From Candidatus Parcubacteria bacterium (GTDB lineage Bacteria; Patescibacteriota; Minisyncoccia; Phycocordibacterales; Zambryskibacteraceae), in NCBI GenBank assembly GCA_019661865.1, contig JAIFWJ010000002.1, forward strand, positions 1-50,897: a stretch of DNA of 50,897 nt, given 5' to 3'. The notes under the pieces are model-generated. The model saw only the letters and a list, made by a program, of their open reading frames with translations, did not search any database and had not been told where the DNA came from. Every line of letters starts with the position of its first letter. Positions within the stretch are counted from its first letter, which is position 1. The position numbers and the translations under genes are program-made. This document shows, piece after piece, positions 26,249-36,248 of the stretch.

Positions 26249-27980
26249 ACTTAAGAAAAATCTGGTGAGAAAGATTACGACAGTTCTAGTTATTTTTTCT
26301 GTTATAGGTGTAAACTTTTTACCTACGTTTACTCCTAGAGCCAATGCTCAGTTTTCTTCCCTTATAAATAAAGCCCTAGTACAACCCGTAACAGATATTA
26401 AGACCCTTGCTAAATCAATAGCCGATGGCATTGCCATGCACTTGGCACAAAGAATGGTGGATGAAATGGTGAAGTCGACCATTCGTTGGGCTAACACCGG
26501 TTTCGATGGATCTCCAGCATATGTCACAAATCCAGTGCAATATGCAGCAAGCATAGCCAATGGCGTAGCAGGAGATGTCATTAAGGGCACAGATCTTGGC
26601 TTCCTCTGCTCACCCTTCCAAGCCCAAATAAAAATTTCACTTCAGAAATATTATGTTGGAAGTTCGTATCAGCCACAGTGTACTCTTACTCAGATTGGAG
26701 TAAATATAGATAACTTTTACCAGGACTTTAAACAAGGTGGGTGGAATGCTTGGATAGCTATGAGCCAGGATGGAGGAAACCCCTATAGTGCATACATAAA
26801 CGCCCAAGGAGTCTTCGACGATAAGGTGGCTTCAGCTTTAGCAGCTGTGAACCAGAAGCTCGATTGGGCAAGCGGATTTAAGTCTAAGGGAGACTGTATT
26901 GCATATAACCCATCCCAGTCAGACATTGATGATTATGTAAATGGAGGCTTTATAACAGAACATGACACAACACGAAAAATAGACCCGAGTATGCCACCAG
27001 GCGCCTGTATTGAACACGGTCCAGATAAGACTCCTGGAGTTATCATTAAAGATCAGCTAGACAAGGTTCTACCTTCTGGCTTGGATAAGCTCATTACAGT
27101 CCAACACGTCGAGCAGCTCGTTGGTGCCTTCGCTAACGGGCTCCTCACTCGATATGTCTTCGGCCCGAAAGGCCTATTCAGTAAAGACTATGGAGACCAC
27201 TTCGGTGCAAGCAACCAGGCCCCAACAGGTCCGGCAGAACAAGAAGCTACATGTTCTGCCAACAGAGATACTGCCATAACCAATGAGACGGAAGTGACCT
27301 GGTCTGTGACCTCAAGCTTGGGCACACATCTTTCATATACATGGACAGGTGAAGGGCTTGAGAGTGCCACCTCAAGCTCCGCTAAAGTTATCTACACCAC
27401 TCCAGGATCTAAGACTGCATCTGCTACCGTCACAGCAAACCAGGTAGATACCGAAGGAAACATTATAGGCATCTCGGCTGTAAGAACAGTACCCTGTGAA
27501 GGAAACGTGATAGTCACCCAATTTACTCCACTTGCCATGTCATGCTCGGTAAACACTGCCCGTGCCGGAAGAGGAGTGCCGGTAACATGGAAAGCTACTG
27601 TGACCGGAGGATCTGGAGCCTTTACCAAGATCCAGTGGGGAGGAGATGAAACGGATATACCTGGAACACATACATCTGTAGTGCCGCCGATATTCTTATA
27701 CAACCCAAGCTCTGGTATTCCTCCGACTCAGGAGAGAGCATCTGTAAATACGGCAGGCAACACCACCACCCTTACTATCTCTTATGGCCTAGGGCTACAA
27801 TCCATAACCACGATAACTAATAACGGAAGTTCAACAGACATCACACTTAGTAGGCCTTACACCGATAGCGCTCACATACCTGGAGAGAGAGGAGCCAACC
27901 TCACTCTCCTCGATAACGACTCGAGTTTACCAGTGGTTGTGAACCAGGCCTGTACTAATTCAGTGTATATTAGTGATTAA
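26238..27980 (+). CDS. Exported Cys-containing protein with two C-terminal PKD-like repeats
   Basis: Signal ending ANA-Q, 'LCSPF' and 'GGWNAW' motifs, two 'C....VTW...W.G' repeats. Confidence 0.78.
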   Translation: MESKLKKNLVRKITTVLVIFSVIGVNFLPTFTPRANAQFSSLINKALVQPVTDIKTLAKSIADGIAMHLAQRMVDEMVKSTIRWANTGFDGSPAYVTNPVQYAASIANGVAGDVIKGTDLGFLCSPFQAQIKISLQKYYVGSSYQPQCTLTQIGVNIDNFYQDFKQGGWNAWIAMSQDGGNPYSAYINAQGVFDDKVASALAAVNQKLDWASGFKSKGDCIAYNPSQSDIDDYVNGGFITEHDTTRKIDPSMPPGACIEHGPDKTPGVIIKDQLDKVLPSGLDKLITVQHVEQLVGAFANGLLTRYVFGPKGLFSKDYGDHFGASNQAPTGPAEQEATCSANRDTAITNETEVTWSVTSSLGTHLSYTWTGEGLESATSSSAKVIYTTPGSKTASATVTANQVDTEGNIIGISAVRTVPCEGNVIVTQFTPLAMSCSVNTARAGRGVPVTWKATVTGGSGAFTKIQWGGDETDIPGTHTSVVPPIFLYNPSSGIPPTQERASVNTAGNTTTLTISYGLGLQSITTITNNGSSTDITLSRPYTDSAHIPGERGANLTLLDNDSSLPVVVNQACTNSVYISD

Positions 27981-27981
27981 G

Positions 27982-30207
27982 ATGAAGAAAAAACTCCCTT
28001 ACATATTAATCTCAGTACTGGTATTCTCTACAATCTTTCTTGTCCCTCATATTACTCACGCTCAAATAATCTCATCTATTACTGGTGGTGCTGCTAAGTG
28101 GTTACTTGCATTACCAGGAACCATTGCTACCAAGTATTTACTCCCTCTAGTAGGATACCTCACTGCTTTCGCGGGACTGATTCTTAACTATGTTATTTAT
28201 CAGACTGTACTCCACATGTCTGATTTGTTCCCTAACGCTAGCATCATTAATGATACTTGGAATGTTATTCGTGATGTTGCCAATATGTGCTTCATCTTCT
28301 TGCTTCTGTACTCCGCTATTCAAACCATCTTTGGCCAAGGTAAAACCCGAGAGTTAATTGTAAATATTATCATCGCAGCCTTGTTGGTTAACTTCAGTCT
28401 CTTCTTTACTAAAGTTATAGTGGATTCTTCAAACATTTTGGCCATTTCTATCTATAACTCTATTGCTCCAGGTGCTATAAGTACTCCTGACGTAACTAAC
28501 GCGGGGCTCTCGAATTCTGTCATGGCTCCATTACAGTTACAGACTATTTATAAATATACCCAACCACTCGACGGGGTTAAGTTACTTACTATAGGAGTGC
28601 TGGGTTCGATTTTCGCTCTTGTTGCGGCATTCGTATTTTTCGTGGCGGCAATAATGTTCGTGGTGAGATTCGTAGTAATCCTTTTCTTAATGATACTTTC
28701 TCCCGTGTGGATACTTGGAGGCGTGATCCCGGGACTGAAGGGGATACAGAAACAATGGCTGGAGTCACTAGTTGGCCAAGCTGTCTTCGCCCCTATATTT
28801 TTCTTATTGGTCTGGATTGTGCTAAAGATCGGCAATGCTTTATACAAACCGGGAAGCATTGCAGATGCTCTACTGAATACCGCTGCAGCGGGAGCGAACA
28901 ATACTAGCCAGATCAACACTAGTGGTAGCACCATGGGTGTAATCTTCAGCTTCGTCATTATGATAGGAATGCTCATCGCAGCCCTCATCATTTCTAAGAG
29001 CTTCTCCACCCGAGGAGCTAAACAGATTGGACAACTTACCGGCTTTGCCGCAGGTGCAGTCATGGGTGGAGCAGCAAGCCTCGGCAGAAAATCCTTTGGT
29101 GCTGCTGGTTCTAAATTTGCTGATAGTGAAGCCCTGAAGAACCGTGCTCAACAGGGGGGCTTAAGCGGCTTTGCTGCTCGGAGAGCTCTCGACCTTAGCA
29201 GTGCTGCGTCGAAAACAAGCTTCGATCTTCGAGGCGCGGGTGGCCCAGCTAAGGGTCTTGTGGGTATAGCAGGGGGAGGCAAGGCGGGTGGCCAAGGAGG
29301 TTATGCCAAACAAGTTGCTGACGAGACCAAGAGAAAGGAAGAGAAGGTCAAACTGTATACGCAGACGTCAGATATCACTAAGGACAAAGCCAAGCGGGAT
29401 CTAGAAGCGGCTAAGAAGATGGAGTTACAGGATCCGGAAACGCTAACCGCCTGGAAAGCAGAACAAAACAAGAGATCACAAGAAGCTAGAGAGGCAGAAA
29501 GAGAGTTGGCCAACGCCCAAGCACGAGGTGCAGACCCAGATACTATTACAGCATTAAGGAAGAAATCCAATGATGCTAATAATGAAAGACAGAAAATTCA
29601 GACCATTCGAGGATTTAAAGACGCAAGGATTGAAATGGCTCAGAAGCGAGCTGATAAGCTTGAGGGAATAAATAAAAAAGAATCAGACAGTAGAAAAGCT
29701 GACCTTAACAAAGAAGAAGAGGCGAAATTAAAAAATGATCCGGCAATCAAGAGACAGGTGGATCTTAAAAAAGAGATGGAGGATCTTACTAAACAAATCG
29801 CTACTCAGACAGGCACGATTAAAGATGATATGCAGCGTGAACTCGACGCCAAAAGTAAGTTATTTGAAACGGTAGCAAAGGAAGCAGAGGAGAGAAGTAA
29901 GACCATCAAAGCAGAATTCCAAGAAAGAAGAGATCTTATAAGAGAAGAGAAGAGTCTAGGTGAGGAGAGAAAGGAAGCTGCCATAAAGAGCATGCTAAAC
30001 CCGAGCATAATAGACAGTGACAGAATACTCTTTGTTGGCCCGGTTAAAAGATCTAATCTCCAAGCTGCAGCAAACTTAAGAAAAGGTAAGAAATCAATCA
30101 GGGAGCGGGTTGAGGAACTGATGAAAGACAATGAAGATATTCCAAAGAAGGACGAAGAGAGGAAAGAGGGAGGAGAAAAACCTGAAGGTGAGGGCGAAAA
30201 GAAATAA
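27982..30207 (+). CDS. VirB6/TrbL-like polytopic membrane protein with Gly/Ala linker and charged coiled-coil tail
   Basis: W...RD.AN, LLVNFSLFFTK..VD.SN and RFVVILFLMILSP...W motifs, 6-7 TM helices, adjacent to PrgI/VirB4. Confidence 0.72.
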   Translation: MKKKLPYILISVLVFSTIFLVPHITHAQIISSITGGAAKWLLALPGTIATKYLLPLVGYLTAFAGLILNYVIYQTVLHMSDLFPNASIINDTWNVIRDVANMCFIFLLLYSAIQTIFGQGKTRELIVNIIIAALLVNFSLFFTKVIVDSSNILAISIYNSIAPGAISTPDVTNAGLSNSVMAPLQLQTIYKYTQPLDGVKLLTIGVLGSIFALVAAFVFFVAAIMFVVRFVVILFLMILSPVWILGGVIPGLKGIQKQWLESLVGQAVFAPIFFLLVWIVLKIGNALYKPGSIADALLNTAAAGANNTSQINTSGSTMGVIFSFVIMIGMLIAALIISKSFSTRGAKQIGQLTGFAAGAVMGGAASLGRKSFGAAGSKFADSEALKNRAQQGGLSGFAARRALDLSSAASKTSFDLRGAGGPAKGLVGIAGGGKAGGQGGYAKQVADETKRKEEKVKLYTQTSDITKDKAKRDLEAAKKMELQDPETLTAWKAEQNKRSQEAREAERELANAQARGADPDTITALRKKSNDANNERQKIQTIRGFKDARIEMAQKRADKLEGINKKESDSRKADLNKEEEAKLKNDPAIKRQVDLKKEMEDLTKQIATQTGTIKDDMQRELDAKSKLFETVAKEAEERSKTIKAEFQERRDLIREEKSLGEERKEAAIKSMLNPSIIDSDRILFVGPVKRSNLQAAANLRKGKKSIRERVEELMKDNEDIPKKDEERKEGGEKPEGEGEKK

Positions 30208-30209
30208 TT

Positions 30210-30908
30210 ATGAACCCCGAAGAAGTACTTAAACAACAAATAGAATCTGCCCCTCAAGAAATTAAAGAATTTCTTGCTGGAGAAGAGTGGGAACCGGTTA
30301 TTAATAATCTTGCAAACAACTCCGGACTGACAGAGGAACAGAAAACTTCAGTAGAAAATGAAATAATTTTCGTTCTTGTAGGTTTAGACCTAAGGTCAAA
30401 CCTTAAACAAAATCTTCAAAACATCGGCCTCTCAGATACCATAGCTAAGTTCGTAGCTGCACAAATAGATACAAAGATCTTAGAAAGATTTGAAGGAATC
30501 TTACCCACCTCTGAGGAAGCTCCTAGGAAAACGATTTCTTGGCCGGAGGAACCAGATTCACAAACTCATACCGCCCCTCCAGAGAACTTGCCGGTAGTTG
30601 AAGAACATGAGCCCACTCCAATGGTAGTAGAAATTAAGGAGAAACCGCCAGAACCTATAGTTCCAAGAGCAAGTACATATCAAGAGACTATAAATAAGCT
30701 ATTTACCCGCCCTGCCGCTCCTCCTGGAGCTGCCCCTTCCACTCCACCTACAAAAAGTCTAAACCTTATAGACTCAACACCCGAGGTAAAACCAGCGTTT
30801 GAGATTAAGAGCACCCCTCCTACACAGCCAGAGGCTCCGGATCTCGCTTCAGATCCACAAAAAAACTACCCCGGAGATAAGGATCCATATCGCGAACCGC
30901 TAGAGTAG
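30210..30908 (+). CDS. Hypothetical protein: helical N-terminus, Pro-rich linker, C-terminal DPYREP motif
   Basis: 232 aa, tightly packed in the cluster. Confidence 0.78.
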   Translation: MNPEEVLKQQIESAPQEIKEFLAGEEWEPVINNLANNSGLTEEQKTSVENEIIFVLVGLDLRSNLKQNLQNIGLSDTIAKFVAAQIDTKILERFEGILPTSEEAPRKTISWPEEPDSQTHTAPPENLPVVEEHEPTPMVVEIKEKPPEPIVPRASTYQETINKLFTRPAAPPGAAPSTPPTKSLNLIDSTPEVKPAFEIKSTPPTQPEAPDLASDPQKNYPGDKDPYREPLE

Positions 30909-30922
30909 GGTAAAATACTCTC

Positions 30923-31348
30923 ATGCGTTTCCAAGTTCCTCAGTTCATTGAAGTCGAGGACAAGATCTTCGGCCCTCTTACCTTCAAACAGTTCATTTAC
31001 ATCGCTGGTGGGGTAGGAATATGTGTAATTCTATTCACCTTTCTACCGAAATTCTTCGCCCTTTTACTCTCAGCACCAATTGTAGCTCTGGCTGGCTCAC
31101 TGGCATTTTATAAAGTTAACGGCAAACCTTTCGCCTCGCTGCTTGAAGCTTTTTTAAAGTACGAATTTTCAGAGAAGTTATATGTATGGAAGAAGCAAGA
31201 CAAGACACCGGTCCACACCGAGATGAAGAGGGAAGCCAGTGAAGTTTATATCCCTAAGCTCTCTTCCTCCAAGCTCAAGGATCTTTCATGGAGCCTCGAT
31301 GTTCAGGACAATCAGAATCCTGTAACACAGGAAGAAACCAAGATATAA
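30923..31348 (+). CDS. PrgI family (VirB3-like) membrane protein
   Basis: F.VPQFIEVEDKIFGPLTFKQF plus two TM helices. Confidence 0.85.
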   Translation: MRFQVPQFIEVEDKIFGPLTFKQFIYIAGGVGICVILFTFLPKFFALLLSAPIVALAGSLAFYKVNGKPFASLLEAFLKYEFSEKLYVWKKQDKTPVHTEMKREASEVYIPKLSSSKLKDLSWSLDVQDNQNPVTQEETKI

Positions 31349-31357
31349 TTGAGATAA

Positions 31358-31996
31358 ATGGCACCTAGTAAAAGCAGCACCCAGGAGTTTGTACCCATTC
31401 AAGAAGTACGCGACGGCATCTTGGTACTTAAGGATGGCGGCATGCGTGCGGTAGTGCTCGCCTCGTCACTTAACTTTTCTTTAAAATCAGATGATGAGAA
31501 GAACGCAATACTATTCCAGTTTCAAGATTTCCTAAACTCCCTCGATTTCTCCATCGAAATAGTAATTCAGTCTAGGAAACTAGATATCAGACCCTACATC
31601 GCCCTACTCGAAGAACAACATAAGAAGCAACTAAACAGCCTTTTAAAGATCCAAACGGAAGAATATATCGAGTTCGTGAGAAACTTCGCTGAGAATACCA
31701 ATATCATGACTAAGAACTTCTTTATCGTGGTGCCTTATGACCCGGCAATCATAGGCTCTAGCACGGTCTCTGGGATCTCAAGCCTCATAGGCGGTAAGAA
31801 AACTACTCCTGCACAAGCGAGTGAGATGAGTTTCGAGGAAAACCGTACACAGCTTGAGGAAAGAGTGGGGGTGGTAGAACAGGGACTTGTGCGCACCGGT
31901 ATACGAGTAGCAAGGCTTGGTACAGAAGAATTGATCGAGCTCTTCTACAAGGCATTTAACCCCGGAGAAACTGAGAAGCCCCTTAAAGCAGCTTAA
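31358..31996 (+). CDS. TraC/VirB4 N-terminal-like protein
   Basis: LNF.LKS.DE......FQ.FLNSLDF..IQS and KNFFIVVPY motifs; lies between PrgI and the ATPase. Confidence 0.72.
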   Translation: MAPSKSSTQEFVPIQEVRDGILVLKDGGMRAVVLASSLNFSLKSDDEKNAILFQFQDFLNSLDFSIEIVIQSRKLDIRPYIALLEEQHKKQLNSLLKIQTEEYIEFVRNFAENTNIMTKNFFIVVPYDPAIIGSSTVSGISSLIGGKKTTPAQASEMSFEENRTQLEERVGVVEQGLVRTGIRVARLGTEELIELFYKAFNPGETEKPLKAA

Positions 31997-32005
31997 AATA
32001 AAGTT

Positions 32006-33838
32006 ATGGCACTTTTTTCAGGATTATTTAGTAAAGGAGAGGAGAAGAGGAAAGATATTCCTTCCATATTGCCTAAGGAAATTTTCCAAGCCTCGGTACT
32101 CGAGCTTAAAGACATTATTGCTCCTTCTGCGCTTAAAGTAACACCAAAAGAATTAAACCTGGGTGAGAAAATTACTAGATCCTTCTTCGTTATATCGTAT
32201 CCCAGATTCTTAACAGAGAGTTGGTTCTCACCGATTATAAATATGGATAAGGTTTTCGATGTATCCATCTTTATCCATCCGATAGAGACTTCTAAAGTTC
32301 TCCGCCAATTTCAAAAGAAGGTGGCCGAAGTTCAAAGTCAGATCCACACCAGGGAAGAAAGAGGTCTTGTGCGTGACCCCATGCTCGACGTAGCCTACCA
32401 AGACCTCGAAAGCTTACGTGATCAACTCCAACAGGCACAGGAGAAGCTTTATGATGTAGGTCTCTACATAACTATTTATGGAGACAATGAAGAAGGGCTC
32501 GATAAGATCGAATCCGAGATAAAGTCTATTCTCGAAGCCAAGCTTGTATACATAAAGCCAGCACTCTTCCAACAAGAAGAAGGGTACAAGAGCACACTTC
32601 CATTAGGAAATGACCTTCTGGCAGTCCACTCCAAACTTAATTCTTCACCACTTTCATCCCTTTTCCCATTTACATCCTTCGACCTTACCTCAGACAAGGG
32701 CATTCTGTATGGTATTAACCGCCACAACTCCTCCCTTGTCCTCTTCGACCGGTTCTCACTGGAGAACTACAACTCCATCACCTTCGCCAAGTCTGGTGCG
32801 GGTAAGTCATATGCCACTAAGCTTGAGATTCTGCGTACGCTTATGTTCGACACAGAGGTCATATGCATGGATCCAGAAAACGAGTATGAGTACCTCGCTG
32901 AGGCCGTAGGCGGAAGGTATTTTAAAATTTCTCTTAACTCCGAGCACCACATAAATCCTTTTGACCTGCCTCTACCCGGCCCTGACGAGTCGGCTGCCAA
33001 TGTGCTGCGTAGTAACATCATTAACCTAGTGGGACTCTTCAGACTTATGATGGGAGGACTTACAGCAGAGGAAGATGCCATCATAGACCGTGCCATCACC
33101 GAGACTTATGCACTTAAGGATATTACAGCTGATTCTGACTTCAGAAATATAGAACCTCCACTTATGTCTGACTTCGAGCTTGTACTTTCTGGTATGGAAG
33201 GAGGGGACTCCTTAGCCCAAAGACTTACTAAGTACACTAAAGGTACATGGGCCGGATTCATAAACAAACCGACCAATGTAGATATAAATAAGAAGTTCGT
33301 GGTTTTTTCTCTCCGTGATATGGAAGACGAGCTCAAGCCCATCGCCATGTACATTGTCACTCACTACATCTGGAATGCTATTCGTAAGGAACTTAAGAAA
33401 AGACTACTTGTTATCGATGAAGCTTGGTGGATGATGAAGTCTGACGACACCGCCTCCTTCCTTATGGGACTTGTGAAGCGCGGAAGAAAGTACTACTTGG
33501 GCGTGGCTACCATTACCCAAGATGTAGATGACTTCTTGAAGTCTCCCTACGGATTACCTATCATTACTAACTCATCTATCCAGGTACTTCTTAAACAGTC
33601 TCCGACGATTATCGATAAACTCCAAACTACTTTTAATCTTACCGACGAAGAAAAATATTTACTCTTGGAGTCTGATGTAGGAGAGGGGATATTCTTCGCC
33701 GGGCTTAAGCACGTAGCCATTAAGATAATTGCTTCTTACACAGAAGACCAAATTATCACATCCGATCCTTCGCAGGTTCTGGCCATAAAGAAGGCTAGGG
33801 AATTAGAACAACATGGAAACACAAGAGAAGGGCAGTAA
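32006..33838 (+). CDS. VirB4-like T4SS ATPase
   Basis: GILYGIN, Walker A AKSGAGKS, DPENEY, INPFD, Walker B LLVIDEAW and RGRKY...ITQ. Confidence 0.9.
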   Translation: MALFSGLFSKGEEKRKDIPSILPKEIFQASVLELKDIIAPSALKVTPKELNLGEKITRSFFVISYPRFLTESWFSPIINMDKVFDVSIFIHPIETSKVLRQFQKKVAEVQSQIHTREERGLVRDPMLDVAYQDLESLRDQLQQAQEKLYDVGLYITIYGDNEEGLDKIESEIKSILEAKLVYIKPALFQQEEGYKSTLPLGNDLLAVHSKLNSSPLSSLFPFTSFDLTSDKGILYGINRHNSSLVLFDRFSLENYNSITFAKSGAGKSYATKLEILRTLMFDTEVICMDPENEYEYLAEAVGGRYFKISLNSEHHINPFDLPLPGPDESAANVLRSNIINLVGLFRLMMGGLTAEEDAIIDRAITETYALKDITADSDFRNIEPPLMSDFELVLSGMEGGDSLAQRLTKYTKGTWAGFINKPTNVDINKKFVVFSLRDMEDELKPIAMYIVTHYIWNAIRKELKKRLLVIDEAWWMMKSDDTASFLMGLVKRGRKYYLGVATITQDVDDFLKSPYGLPIITNSSIQVLLKQSPTIIDKLQTTFNLTDEEKYLLLESDVGEGIFFAGLKHVAIKIIASYTEDQIITSDPSQVLAIKKARELEQHGNTREGQ

Positions 33839-34130
33839 AATACTTGATGGAGAATGGGAAGTTTTGACCTATGCAGTTATTTTCCTTGATGGAATACAGA
33901 TAGTGTTTGATTTTACCCTCCCTGGACTAAATGAGGTTTTAGATCCGTTTGTGGGTTTAGGGTTAGCAATTTATTTCATTATTAGAGGGGTGAGGATGAC
34001 ACTAGGAAGGGTATTTATGTTAATCGGCTTCGGTATAGGAGAGGAGATTCCCTTCGTTGATGCATTGCCGTTCTGGACTCTTGAAGTTCTAAGGGTTAAG
34101 AGTTGGGATATGCAGGACAAAAATTCTTGA
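33813..34130 (+). CDS. Small hydrophobic membrane protein
   Basis: 105 aa with 'EEIPFVDALPFWT' motif. Overlaps the end of VirB4. Confidence 0.72.
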   Translation: METQEKGSKILDGEWEVLTYAVIFLDGIQIVFDFTLPGLNEVLDPFVGLGLAIYFIIRGVRMTLGRVFMLIGFGIGEEIPFVDALPFWTLEVLRVKSWDMQDKNS

Positions 34131-34150
34131 TCTTCCTATATAATAGATTT

Positions 34151-35176
34151 ATGTATAAATTGTTCTTGGTGTGGACTTTACCTGTGTTTCTCTTCACCTC
34201 TTTTGCCTTCACCCAGACGACTGTTCAGGCTCAAGTAGACATTCCTGAAGTTCCCGATGAACAGATTCCGACTGACATAACTCTGGAACCAATTTCTTTC
34301 CTAATAGTACCTGAGACTCCGGCCCCTGGAGATCTGGTCACAGTAAGCATTGAGTCTACGAACTTGGATTTAGACTCAGCCATTATGCGTTGGACGGTTA
34401 ATGGAGGACTGGTAAAAAGCGGCAAGGGTATCAAGCAGATTAACGTCACGAATGGTGGCTCGGGCTCTCAGACAACCGTAAGTGTAAGTATTTCTTCCGG
34501 CGGAGCCACCATTACCCGGTCAACTACCTTCGGGGCTGGTAATGTAGATCTTCTCTGGCAAGGAGACACCTATGCTCCTCCTTTCTATGCTGGGAGACAC
34601 CTCTGGACTCACGGAAGCCGCCTAACTCTACTCGCTATCCCAGACTCAAGTCTTGGAAGCGCCTCGGCTCTTATATATAGATGGAGCCAGAGCGGCACAA
34701 TTCTTGGAGCTTCCTCTGGTGCAGGGAGGAGTTCTCTTTCTTTCTATGACTCAATCCTATCTTTACCTCAGGATATATCTGTAGATGTAATGACTGACCA
34801 AGACACCGTCGTGGCGACTAAAACCATCCACCTACAACCCACAGATGTCACAACTCTTCTCTACGAGGACAATCCACTTATTGGTCTGCTTTTAAATAAA
34901 GAAGTAGACGGATCATATGGTCTTACTGATAAAGAGGTAACCTTCTCAGCCATGCCTATGTTCTACTCTGTTCAAAATAGAACAGACAAGAGAGTGAGTT
35001 ATACCTGGAGCACCAACAGTGGAGCTGCGAACACCGGCAACCACATAACACTCCGCATTCCAGATAACTCGAGTGGCCAAGCCCAAGTGGGAGTTAACAT
35101 AAATAATTCTGCTAACCTCCTACAAACTGCTTCCAAAAGCTTTTTAGTAAAATTCGGTAACACACCGAGCTTCTGA
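34151..35176 (+). CDS. Exported Ig-like beta-rich protein
   Basis: ATG 34151 lies 6 nt after TATAAT. Signal peptide and repeated 'Y.W' Ig-type motifs. Confidence 0.78.
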   Translation: MYKLFLVWTLPVFLFTSFAFTQTTVQAQVDIPEVPDEQIPTDITLEPISFLIVPETPAPGDLVTVSIESTNLDLDSAIMRWTVNGGLVKSGKGIKQINVTNGGSGSQTTVSVSISSGGATITRSTTFGAGNVDLLWQGDTYAPPFYAGRHLWTHGSRLTLLAIPDSSLGSASALIYRWSQSGTILGASSGAGRSSLSFYDSILSLPQDISVDVMTDQDTVVATKTIHLQPTDVTTLLYEDNPLIGLLLNKEVDGSYGLTDKEVTFSAMPMFYSVQNRTDKRVSYTWSTNSGAANTGNHITLRIPDNSSGQAQVGVNINNSANLLQTASKSFLVKFGNTPSF

Positions 35177-35177
35177 T

Positions 35178-36248
35178 ATGAACAACGTGAAGAAAATCTT
35201 TTTATTAATATTCACACTTGCGACTCTAAGTCCTTTTACTCTTCTTCATGCACAAACCAAAACAGGTTGTCCCGCTGGGCAATACTGTCTTCTCGCGCCT
35301 CTCCCGGTGGGGAATCCTACTGGAGGTAATATAGATCATGTAACAGTAACCGGCGCAGGAGACTATATTGCAAACCTGGTGAAGCTCATCATAGCTATAG
35401 CAGGTGGTCTCGCTGTCTTGCGTATAATCATTGGAGGGTTTCAGTACATCACCTCTGAGGCTTTCAGCAGTAAGTCCGCTGCGAAAGATACTATCCAGAA
35501 CGCTGTCCTGGGATTCCTCCTTGCTGCTGGATCATTCTTAATATTGAATACAATAAACCCGGATTTAACCAACATTAATTTGACACTGGAAAATGTCGGA
35601 TCAACTCAAAAACTCGACACATCCTTCAGTGGCGGGACAGACTCCACAGAACCTGACGGAACAAGTGGTGGTAAAACTGCGGCAGAGGTGGATTGTTTGG
35701 TTGACTGTGTACCAATACCTGACGAGATTCCCCACAAACCTCCAGGCCCAGCTGGCAGCCCATCGGCGGGGTGTCTTACTCCCGGACCGTGTTATGTTTA
35801 TTCAGGCCTTGCGACTAAGTTATCTGCATTAAATGAGGCCCTCCAACACAACCCTTATAATTTAGACTGGGAGGTTACGGAAATGTTTCCGCCTGTAGCT
35901 AGTCATGATAGTGATTGCCACAAACCAAACAATGGAAATACGGGAAAATGCGTTGACGCAACCCTTAGAAGTCCCACAACTCCAGAGAACACTGTAAAGT
36001 TTTTCATAGCCATAAATAAATTTGTCAGCCCAAGTTTCCAATGGGAGGAGCCGGACAATGCTTCAAGAGACGCCCGCAGACTTGCTCTTAAACAATACAT
36101 CCAGTCCCGCCCTCCATCGGACTTCAACATAACTGCGTCTCAGGTTCCTCAATTCATAACTGATATAATTTGCAAAGTTAAGACTGTCGCTCACGCAACA
36201 GGTGAGCATGTTCACATTAACTGGGCTGGTCAAGCACCATCATGTTAA
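35178..36248 (+). CDS. TrbC/VirB2-like pilin fused to a Cys-rich putative zinc peptidase domain
   Basis: Two-TM pilin signature AVLRIIIGGFQYITS...AKDTIQNAVLG...ILNTINPDL. C-terminal H..CH...G.CVD...EHVH. Confidence 0.7.
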   Translation: MNNVKKIFLLIFTLATLSPFTLLHAQTKTGCPAGQYCLLAPLPVGNPTGGNIDHVTVTGAGDYIANLVKLIIAIAGGLAVLRIIIGGFQYITSEAFSSKSAAKDTIQNAVLGFLLAAGSFLILNTINPDLTNINLTLENVGSTQKLDTSFSGGTDSTEPDGTSGGKTAAEVDCLVDCVPIPDEIPHKPPGPAGSPSAGCLTPGPCYVYSGLATKLSALNEALQHNPYNLDWEVTEMFPPVASHDSDCHKPNNGNTGKCVDATLRSPTTPENTVKFFIAINKFVSPSFQWEEPDNASRDARRLALKQYIQSRPPSDFNITASQVPQFITDIICKVKTVAHATGEHVHINWAGQAPSC

